From Tubiluchus corallicola (Eukaryota > Animalia > Priapulida): a DNA stretch of 64,000 nt. The stretch is from the NCBI GenBank assembly GCA_030141605.1, contig JAQGDQ010002372.1, positions 372,001 to 436,000 of the forward strand, written 5' to 3'. A program made the translations under genes and the position numbers. Below the pieces are notes generated by a model, which was not told where the DNA came from, ran no database searches, and saw only the letters and a list, made by a program, of their open reading frames with translations. Shown here piece by piece: positions 13,916-25,400 of this stretch. How positions within the stretch are numbered: the stretch's first letter is position 1; every line of letters begins with the position of its first letter.

Positions 13916-16266
13916 TTGGATAATTGTAAGTGTAATTGTTGATAAAATTGCAGAAAAACAACCATCAAATACATAAAACCGGACAATAGACTCAATCTCA
14001 TTATAATTTACTGTCCAAATTATATATTTTCTTGCCTATAAAAGTTAGCAGTTGCTTATAATATTTTAATAATTACCTTGGAAACTTAACTAACGTCAAC
14101 TGAACACAGCTATCGCTTACGTCACAAACTAACCACTGTTTGTGCAATGGTAGACATCTTCCCTGCTCCGTCAAGCACGTTTGCGTAAGCGAAGATTACT
14201 ATAAGACACTGATGCGATGTCCCGAAAATGAACCCTACGTCATAGTGATGTCAAAGACAAACACTGCAGTTCACGATCATGCTTATCACGGTACCGCACC
14301 TATTTGTCAGCCACTCGAATGTGCCAAAATGCATTATTGTCAGTCTGAGTGGATTCGCTGTGCCGCGCGTAGCTTTGAAAGTTTAACAAAATCTAACAAT
14401 CCGAGCTAATTATTATTTAATCTAAGGTTTGATTTAAAAAGGCTTGTAGTTTTCAATATTTTAGTGCATACTTTATTTTGACCTAATGTCTACACAATCG
14501 CCCGGTTTTCTTTAAGAGAAACCCCTAAGGATATAATTATTATTCTTTGGGTAAAAGAATTCTCCACAGAAAGTTGTAACTTGACAGCAGCATACCGAAC
14601 GCTTATACACAATGGGTTGTCAAAAGTAAAACAAGCTACACAAAATATTGAAATTTTTGTGACATGGAAACAATTTTCGTGCCGGAAATTTCATTTAAGA
14701 ACGTAGCTGTTCCTTCTCGAAAACAAAATTTGCAAATGACTGTAAAATTGAAATATGGGCAATTAAGCAGAAAAACTCGATAAGCGAGAAGACCAACGCT
14801 TCGCGTTTCGGAGTTTACTTTTAACTCGTTTCATTTCGCTAAAATAGTCGTGGCATCGTTATACAAATTATGATATTCGTGCGCTAATTTCAATTTTAAT
14901 TTTCAATTTCAGTTAGCTTTCTGTTATACACCCGTGTTCCAGGCATAAATTGAAAGTCCCTGTTCCTGTTTCTGGATCTAGGTTTGCTTATAAGTGTTAA
15001 TGACCTTCAGAGACGGCCCCGCAGAGGGTTACCCAAGAGAAGGTTGTTTCCCTTGTGCCACCGTTACTCTGCATAGTATACCTGTGTCGCGTGATTTCTT
15101 AACGCTTATTAAGTAACCCAAGGTAGCGAAGGATAAGGATTAGTCGGTATTTGTGGATTTGATAATTTGCTTTCTTTACTCGCACGGGTAAACTTTCTAT
15201 GCGCACGCACAGTTGACTTTTCCCTTAATTGGCAATTACAGAGAGCGTTCACATTTCTAGATGCGCGCTTATTTTACCTTGTAAAAATTAATCGTGTTTG
15301 GCAGCTCATTTGACTCGGTTTACAGTGTTAGCTAAAATAAGCTGTTTATAATTATTTATTTCCATGTTCTGTTAGAGCAGTGATCCTTGCTTTCCTCTTC
15401 CTGGACACAGAAAACCATTCACGTGTGTGAAACCATAATTTATAACTAACTGGCATTTTTTCCGATAAAGTTTAATGCTTCTGTTTGTTTTTTAAGTGCC
15501 GCTTGTTATGGGCTTTTTACAGTAAAACATGAACAATTACGAACCGACTTCGTAATAAGATAGTTTAACTTAATTAGCTTTTTGCTGTAACTCGATATAT
15601 GATTGTTTCTTTCCAAAATAATCGTGTTGATAATTTTGAATGGTAACCCAAAATCTTATAAGTCAGTTGCATCACCATACATTATGAGATTAATTTGTGA
15701 CAGTCAACAAGCCCCATTGCCCTTCCTCATTACCTTTTGTGTTGACACACGTGTATTAACTTATGAGTTTGCCACTGAAGGGCCCGTATTTACATCGCTG
15801 GGACAAACAGATGAAAAAAACGTCACCTATAGATTAGACTATTTGTACATGTACTATATTAATTAAGCGGCTCTTACGCACGCAACGGCATCTAAGACGC
15901 CACAAACAAGTATTTCAACTATGTATATGTACAATTAAGTATATGTTAAGTTAACATTAAAACCCTTTGAGGAATACCTGTGGTATTTGAGGTGCATTTG
16001 CATATAATTTATGTAAAAAGTTTGGTTTCGAATAACACTGATGGTTTTGTTATTTTGATCCATATGTGGTTTCGTTCACACTTTAAGTATGTGGAATGGG
16101 TGAAGCTGTAGTACAGAGTATTTGAGAAGAATGATAAGGTTTATCTTTAGCATCTTGGAATGGCGGAACAATAATAAACATCAACCTAGATGTCGTTACG
16201 TAATTAACCCTATTATGCAAATGATGCAATTTAAATATATTACATCACTCAAAATTTGCAATAACT

Positions 16267-16318
16267 TTTTTATACCTACAAGTAAGCTACCGTTTTATAC
16301 CTATAAGTAAGCTACCGT
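16267..16318. repeat. Tandem duplication (period 25)
   Basis: ttttatacctacaagtaagctaccg / ttttatacctataagtaagctaccg. Confidence 0.85.
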
Positions 16319-16468
16319 TAATCACAAGCAGCTTTTGTGCAGTTTTTTTGAAAACGTACGTTTAACATATTATTCACTTTTCTCTGGTTCGAGTTTGTAA
16401 CGAGATAATTATATAATATAATATATTATTAATATATTATATAACTTCCTTTTGGTTTTCTTTTCCAG

Positions 16469-19400
16469 TTTGCGGGCTCTGCATCTTCACAATAATCATC
16501 TCAGTTCTCTACCAAGTGAACTTGCCAACATGAAGCAACTATCTGAACTCATACTGGCATTCAACAGGTTCAGCGTTCTTCCTGAAGTCCTAAGTAGAAT
16601 GAATCAGGTATGTAATGGCATTTTCGTACGTCGTACGTTTTCAGTCTTCAACTGATATTAAGTCGGTAATTTAATAGGTTACTTTTACTGATGCACCCAT
16701 TGTTTCATTAATGAAAAATGAGGCCTAATGAATGATAATAATGATTATGATTATGTTCTTTAGTTTAGGTTATATATTTCTTGGTAATTAGTGTACGTCA
16801 GAAGACTAATAGCTCTAAAGATCTGATGACTTATTGATCAGGTATAAAGTTTCTGCTAAACTGGTCTTAAAGAGTGCCGTTTCTGTGTAGTATAGGCTGT
16901 GTAACTCATTGCTTTGAGTACCACAGGCTGGGTGAATGATATTCTATATTTTAGAACTTCTAATATCCAATTCTTCTTATTGTTGTTGTTGTCTTATGTT
17001 AACTGGAACTGGGAGTGCATTTTATGAGAATAAATAACAGTGGGAAACTTCAGTGACTAATCACTTAACCGCTGTCGTGTGCCAAGTATGTATCCAAAGT
17101 GTGACCTTTATAAAAAATAAGATCTGAGCATGAGAAAGATGAACTAATTAGTGACTTAGAAGTAATCGAATATTCAGAACATCAGATCTACCTATAGATG
17201 TACATTTCCTCAGATGAATTGTGATTAGGATTATATATGTACTTTTCAGCTCGATAACATTGTAATGACGGGCAACTATGTGGAGCGATTACCTGGTGAT
17301 ACTGTGTCTGGTCTTAAACATGTCCAAAAGGTGCGTATGTCATTAGTTAGCCACTTGTCATTTTGTTGTTGAGGCATCCTTAAACACGAATAGTATTTAA
17401 TAGTTTCTAATTACTTAATTTTTTATTTGCAGATGGACTTTAGGTTAAATTGCTTGACCTTGCCTCCAGTGGAAACCATGACATTTGAGCTGTTAGAGCA
17501 TTTAACACATTTGGATGTTAGTCACAACAGGATTACGAATTTAGATGTGCGTAATCTGACTGCTCTAGAATATCTAAACTGTGAACACAATAAACTGGTG
17601 ATGTTGCAAGTCTCCGGACAAAGTCTGAAACATATGCGGACTGCCCATAACAGTAAGTTGATGGCATAACATCCCACGACTCAAAATCAGTTGTGGTACT
17701 TTAAGTAGCAATTTCGTACTGCCATTGTGTTTTATAGTATAATTTACTTGTTTGTCTAATGTTTTTCAAGGCCTTTCTTTTCTAATAGTGTAGGATTTAA
17801 TTCTTTCCTCATGCAAAGGTATTTTAACTTTATTTGTTTTATCAAGGCAAAATGTGCATTTTTTATGTAAGGTAACGTGATACAAGTGAGTATCCACCGT
17901 ACAATGGCAATTTAAATGATGTTGTGAACCAAAAAACTGTTCATTGGCAATTATAATCCTCTTAAGATCAAATTGAATTGGCAGGGATGTATGAGATGCA
18001 TTATGCATTCTCCTCAGCAAGAAAAATGGTTGGTAGATAAAACCATCCGGAAACAATTTTTCTTGGTGATCACTCATCCATTCACCAATCAGGTGCAGCC
18101 CTGCAAAACCTTGGTCGCTATTTCCATATTATAGCCACTCAATTATTTCTCTTGCCATACAATCCAGCTTTTCTTTCACATAGTGTTAAAGGAATGTTTG
18201 CCTGTAATTGTGATTTCAAGGTGGAGACCAGGCAGTCTGTTACAGCCAAAAGTGGTTAAAAGACCTTTCTTTAATAAGTAAATACAGTGCTCCAGATTCT
18301 TTTCACATATTGTGTGAAATGTGTTCTGATTGCCGTTGTACTTGTCTATTACTTTTTCCTGTTAACTTTAGGAAAGTGTTACGACATTCCTTTTGCGCAT
18401 GTTCCACTCTTTTGTATTATCACAATTCATTAGTGAACAAATATTGTACTTGTAATTTTTTATTTTTTCAGGTCTTCAGAGCGTGTACATGACCCCACTG
18501 CCTGAAAATTTACGGATTCTAGACCTCAGTCAGTAAGTGTTACACAAATTTGCTGCTAGCTTTTCTAAACACTTGGTACAGGTAGTAGAATATCAATCTC
18601 TGTATTTGTCGTTAAGCTTATGGAACTTATTAACACTTGCGGTCGTATTTCTCAAATTCTGGGAACAAACATGTTCGTTTAATAACTTAATAACTGTTTT
18701 GCAGTCTACATATAGAGAGAGTGCTCTTTATTGCTTAAGTTTATCAAAGTAGCTGATGTTAGGCATTGCTCACTGTTTCCATGTTGAGGCTTTTATTTTG
18801 TAAAATTAGGCAGCTTTCCAACTCATTTTTAATGTTATAATTTAATGAATTTAATAATGAAAGCCAGTTGCACAATACCTTTGAACTTTGATGTTTTGAT
18901 TTTTTTCCCATTTAGCAATGAACTAAACAAATTACCAGAGTGGATTTGTGACTTGTGGAGGCTAGAAAAATTATTGGCACGACACAATCGATTGTCCATA
19001 CTTCCAAACAGGTTTGTTTTACTAGTGAAATTTTCCTGAAACTTTTGCCTCATTCGGTTTGCCTCACTAATTTTTTATCCTTGTGTTGCTACATGTGCTC
19101 TTTGCATTGAGAAGAATAGCAGCTAATAGTGTGGCTTATTGTACAGTAGGCGCATCTTGATAGACTCACTTTGAGATGGAAGTGTTTCAACCCAAGTAAC
19201 CAACTGATTCAATTTGCGGAAGTGTGTAGCCTATTACTGTTATAGAAATATGAGTCATCATCACTCATCACCTTAGTATGCATTCCAAAGGCTTTAAATG
19301 AATCTTAGAAACTAATCAAAATTCCCATGTGCATTTATTTTAGAATACTAATTTATATAAGTGAATTAATAAAAAAAATTTAAAATCGCATGAATCTGAT

Positions 19401-22400
19401 TATTACCACTAAAAGTTACAAGAATTTTTGCACGTTTGGTTGCTTCGTTTCTTCATGCAGGTTATGAAATTCTCATACTGATATAAACATGGAAAATTCA
19501 CGCAAAATACCTAGTCACCTAGTGCTTGAGCTGCAGCTGGTGATGACCTTGTTTCCCTTGTGAAAAGCAGCGCGAAATTCAAAAGCAAACCGCTGGACAA
19601 ATGATTAAATGTTTAACTTCCAGAAATAACGAGAATAACTGCAGCGGGTGACAAAACAAAACCACTACGTTAACTTATTAGCGCATATGATAAGCGCGCT
19701 GTACCTGCTTACAAACAAAGCTGTACGTAACATCCTGTACCTGTACCAAAGCTGTGCACCAAATCTACGTAAAGATGACATAAAAGCAGTAAAAGCTCTT
19801 TGGGCACACACAAGTGTCTTATTTTAAAATGAGACGTGAAAGAAAAAGTATTGAGTCAGTTATGCAAAGGAGTCAATTATTGACAGTTTTTATATACATT
19901 TGAATATGACCGGCTGGTACCAGTCGTTTTTAAGTCAAATAGGCGATTGGTTCTGTTAAACGAGAATTAAACTGAGTTTAATAAACTGAAAAATAAAAGT
20001 TGCAGTTATTGTTTAAGGAACAACTATATTATTTGACATACTGTATTTCATTCAACCTGCTTTAAAGATATTCAATTAGTTCTCATTCACACCTGGTTTA
20101 AAGCTAATAAGTTATCACTGAATATTGAAAAATCTAAATTTATTGTATTCACATATAAAAATAAAAGAATCCCTAGTAATCATACAGTAAAAATCCCAAT
20201 AAATAAAGTAAAATATACTAAGTTCTTGGGCATCATCATAGATGAACACCTAACTTGGCAAGAACATCTTAGATTTATCGAAAGCAAAATCTCCAAAAAC
20301 CATAGGTATTATATACAGAGTTAGACACATATTGCCTGAATCAGTACTTGTATTATTATATAATTCTCTTTTTTTACTATATCTTAATAATTCAAACATT
20401 ATTTGGGGAAGCACATACACCAGTCGATTGAAAAAAAATTCACATGATTCAGAAGAAAATAGTGTGAGCTATAACATTTGCGGTTATCAGGACAATACAC
20501 AACCAATATTTAAAAGTCTAAACATTTATGACATTAATAAGTTCCAAACTTCCATTTTCATGTACAAATTCTCTCATAAATTATTGCCACCCTTATTTAC
20601 TGATTATTTTTGTTTGAATGCTGAGATACATAATTACGGTACACGATGTAGACTTAACTATCACTACATACAGTGCAACACAAATGTTAGAAAATTTTCT
20701 ATTAAATACAATGGCCCTTGTATATGGAATTCAATTGCTCCAGCTATTAAAAATGCCAACACGCTGTACATATTTGAAAAAAATTATAAACTAAACTTGC
20801 TTGAAACATATAACTGATCACTCAATCATGATTTGTTGTTTTTCATTTTCAAAAACTTCCCCTCTAGTATAATAATATTTTTATTACTTCCCACCCTTAT
20901 ATATATCTGCAATGAGCACCTCCATATAGTCTAAACAAGTGTTGCCTCCTCCACAAATGCTTAACGAATGTGTTAAAGCATTTATCATTTCTCTGTACCG
21001 ACCATCAGTTTACATTGCAGTTATGGAAATTATTACTACTAATGCCCACTGTAACTCACACTAGCCATTAGCAATATATTGTAATTTTTCTCGTAACTAA
21101 TTTTAGTGGCCTAGCATAAGCTAGCTTCTCGGGTCTCTAGTGCAGAATTCATGAATTGTATCATAATTTTGTATTAACAAAAACTGATTATCGATGCACA
21201 TGTAATGCATATGTATATGTTTATTGCGAAATAAATCTACTGAATTGAATTGAAATTTGTTTTTCTGTAGATTGTTGTGTAATATGGAGAATCTTAAATT
21301 ACTTATGGTTGATCACAATCAGTTGACTGTACTTCCGGAATGGGTGGAAAACTGTATGATAGAAACTTTGCATATAGAATACAACAGAATTGCTCACCTT
21401 CCTGACAACCTGCTTGTTAACTGTACAAAGTATGACATTAGTCACTATTTTTAAGTAAAACTAAAAGTTGGTAACTCCTCCTCATATAAAATATGTTCTC
21501 AAAATAAAGTTTTAAGTTTTGACTACCAAACTTTAACTTTTGTTTTTAACCCTTTCACTATGGAAGGTGGCACACTGCTGCCTACGTTTTTCTTGTAAGG
21601 GACGGAAGGCAGCAGACTGCCACCCAAGCTCAGTACTAACCGCAGGTCTGCAAAACATTAAAGAAAAGTTTGACAGCCTTGGGGTTACTTTGAAGCCAGG
21701 TACATTCCACAATACTGTACTGCATAGTATGTTCCCACACGCAAAATTACTTGTAGATCGTTGATGAAATGTTAGTTGATCACTTGACAAAACAACTGAT
21801 CGTATATTTAGTTGATTGTTCTGCATTCTTATAAAATGATTGCATATTATGAATAAGTATTGCGTCTTTTATGAAAACTGGTTTCTAAACATAAGTATGT
21901 GCTTATTTGTGTGGGTGTGCACGTATGTGTGCGCATGTGTATAAATAAGACTAATATTCAATATTACTGTTTAATGACAAATAGCTGTTTATGTAGAAGA
22001 TTCTGTTTAGAACGCACCACAAGAAGTTATTGTCAAATGTGCAAAAGCTGATGTGGCCCTGTTAATAAGCAAGTACGTAGTGAAAGGGTTAAAGTTTACT
22101 TTGAATTCTTTTGTTTGCTAAGCTGCTATTACACATACGTTGGGTAACTGCTTTTATCAATGTCATTTTGGTCTTGCAGGTTGCGTATTCTCAATGCTAC
22201 AAACAACCGGTTGACACATTTTCCACCTCTAAACCAAATACAAGACTTGAACAAAGTGTCTGAACTGTACCTCTCTTGTAACTACTTAGTAGATTCAGTG
22301 TTTGAAGAAGTCTGTGAATATCCAAGGTTGAAAATTCTGCATATGGCATACAATGACCTACAAGAGATATCCCATGAGTAAGTATTCTAACAACTGCTTG

Positions 22401-25400
22401 TTGTCTATTTTTGCAGTAGTAAGTTTTAAGTAATATGTTTCTGGATGATAGTATGGCATCGTTAATGTTTTTTTCTGGTTTCTTCAGAGCTGTGTGTAAG
22501 CTAGAGGTTCTTGAAGAACTGAACGTTTCTGGGAACAAGCTGCAATACCTGCCTGATGTAATTGGACAGCTTCCCAAATTAATTGTCCTACGAGCTCATT
22601 CAAACATCCTGCGATCGTTGCCTGACTTTTACAAGGCAGTTTCACTGAAGGTAAACAATTATCTGGTTTATAGCCAATGAAGCAGATGAACTATATCAAT
22701 TTCTATTTTTTAATTCAAATGCCTGTTGTTTCCTACGATAGTTTTTGATCCTTACTTTTAACCTGTAAGGTATGCGATAGTGTATGAGTAATTTTTTTCC
22801 ATTTTTTGCAGGTGCTCGATGTAGGATGTAACCAACTGCACAAAGTCTCTGTTTCCAATATTATGGCTTCGCAACTCAAACATTTAGATGTGTCATGTAA
22901 TTCGGGGCTACAAGTTAGTCCACAATCATTTCAGTCATTCAGGTAGGCATAGTTGATGTGCATTTATTGTCAAGAGGAACAACATAATTAAAAGTTAATA
23001 TTGCTTTTATGCTAAATCAGTGTAAGATTTTTAATTTAGTTGAACTTTTACAAGTGTTATTTGGAAACTTGGTATGATTTTACCTTGTGTTTAGCTCAGT
23101 GAAGAATATTTCTCTTGTGGACATGACCGGGCGGAGTCGCAGCACATTAATAGGAGAACCAACTATTATACAGGAACCACCATGGTCTGTAGGATTTTCA
23201 GAAACTTCTGGTTCTCGAAACAAGTGAGTAAATGAAAAATTTATTCTCTTGTTTTTATTCTGAACATCATTAAAATATTTTTTGAGTACAGTCTAGAGGA
23301 TTTAGTAAAGATTTATCACATCTAACAATTCTTTAGCAACCAAATCATTTTCGTAAGATTATAATATTTTTGCTTAATTCAAGTTTTAAATTGAAATTTA
23401 CTGTTGTGTAGATTGTGTATTACTCAAGTAAGGATACCACAGTATGGAGCTGATGAAGCATTATTTGGTATGTTTGATGGTGGCCGTAACAACGAGGCTC
23501 CACTTCTGCTACAAGAAAAAGTACCGACAATATTACGAGATGAGCTTAATCATCCAAAAACTTCTGAACAGTATATGAAATATACAATGTTAACAGCGCA
23601 TAGGTGAGTGAATCAGCTGCTCAGTCTGCAAACTCTTGCCTAAGTTGAGGAGAGGTTTGCTGAGTGGTCACGGAGTGTAATTACTGGCAGAAATTAAACA
23701 ATGCTGGCTGGCAAATTGCTTTTTTGCAGTTTTATCTGGCGTTGGCTTTTTGTCTCATCGGGGGAAATTTTATATACATCCGAACAGTTGATACTTATTC
23801 AGCATCTAATCTTATGGAATGTTCAGACTAATGAGTTTTCTCTCTGGCAGCAAACTTGCAACGTAGGCTAGTGTAGGTTTAGTTAATAAGCGATGTAGGT
23901 CCATGCTATAATCTTCAACAGTTATACCTCGTTTATTTAAATAAAAACCAGCCGTTCTTTCCACCCATAGAGACATCCAAGGTTTTGCACTAGCATTTAA
24001 ATGATTACAACGCCTACGCAAAACACACTCGACTGTCAGCAGACGTCACAATCAAAACAACTCTGCGGCAGGAATGTATTGCACAATTATAGTAATAATG
24101 GAGTTTAAACATTAAAAGCTTATTTTTTTATGATAAAATAGTTGCTGAACTGTGGCACATATTAAAAAACTTGCACCAGTCTCAAAAAGTACTCTTTTCA
24201 TTGTTGGCTTCATTTCTATATAGCACATACACTCAGGCAGTTGACCTCGGCTATAACGAGACTCGTTTATGGCGAGCAAACAGTCCCTTGAAACTCGTTA
24301 TTAACGGTTTATACTGTACCAAATTAATTTTAATATGTGAACTGTAATTGCTTTATTTTTTTGGTTAAAATTTTAAGGCTTTTGTTTAATACTGGGATAG
24401 CCAACAATTTTGCCATAACTTTCACATAGTTCTTATAAAAAAATGTATAATAGTTTGTGCAATATAGTTGGGTATTACTTGATATAGCTGCCATCATCTA
24501 CATGAATTTTGAAGTGCCCGAAAGTAATGCAGCTATATCACTATATTAGTGTACAACATATTCCATTTTATTTTTCCTTTCTGATCGATTTTACTCTTAT
24601 TTTGTAGAAAGTTGAAGGCAAGTGGGCAGCGGCTTGGTGCAGCAACAGTACTGTGTCACCTGCATATGTCTTTGGTTGATAACTTTGAAGAGTACATTCT
24701 TAATTTGGCAAATGTTGGCCATGTCGAAGTCATTCTGTGCAGACAGGGTGAGCCAATGAAACTTACCCGATTATTCACAGTAGCTGGGGATCCACTAGAG
24801 TGCGAAAGAACAAGACGTAGTGATGGCATCATCACTGAAGTAAGTTCTGTGCTACTATACAAGGATGGCATATTTGCATCATACAAACTTCAAGTTATTA
24901 TCCATGTATTTTGTAATTCCTAAAATACATTCAATTATATTGTCATATTGTTTAATAATTTGGCGGAATCATCAAAAATTCGAGGACTTTGATTGGTAGA
25001 GATGTGCAGGGTAAGTCTTATTTATTAGTTTTATCTAAAGCATTAGCCTATTGTGAATGTTGGACACTAGTCATTGTAGCTTCATGTAATTGACTGAGTA
25101 CTTTACTTAATTGAATAATTAATTAAAAGGAGTGATAGGCTGCAAACACCTGTATCTATGTAAACACTAATGCTACGTCAAATAGATAATACAAATTATA
25201 TATTTTTCCTGCCTAGAATTAACTTTTTGTTCTTTTGTAGTCATTAAATAAACCCTGTACATTAATAGCAGTGACATCTGACATTACTAATTTGTTGGTC
25301 TCAATAATCAATTTACATTTGTAAAGTAAAAACTTAAATTTTAAATCGCCTAAATCATTATTTTATGCGTCACTGATCACAAATAAAATATTTTACATTA

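Noticed and set aside
69-16310. About 25 short ORFs of 60-90 aa in the ORF track
   Set aside because: No recognisable domains, and no splice-flanked LRR/PH/RA-like exons found. They are consistent with chance ORFs, apart from the two transposase relics reported.
17766-18077. 103-aa minus-strand ORF in a PHLPP intron
   Set aside because: No recognisable motif or splice context; probably decayed repeat sequence.
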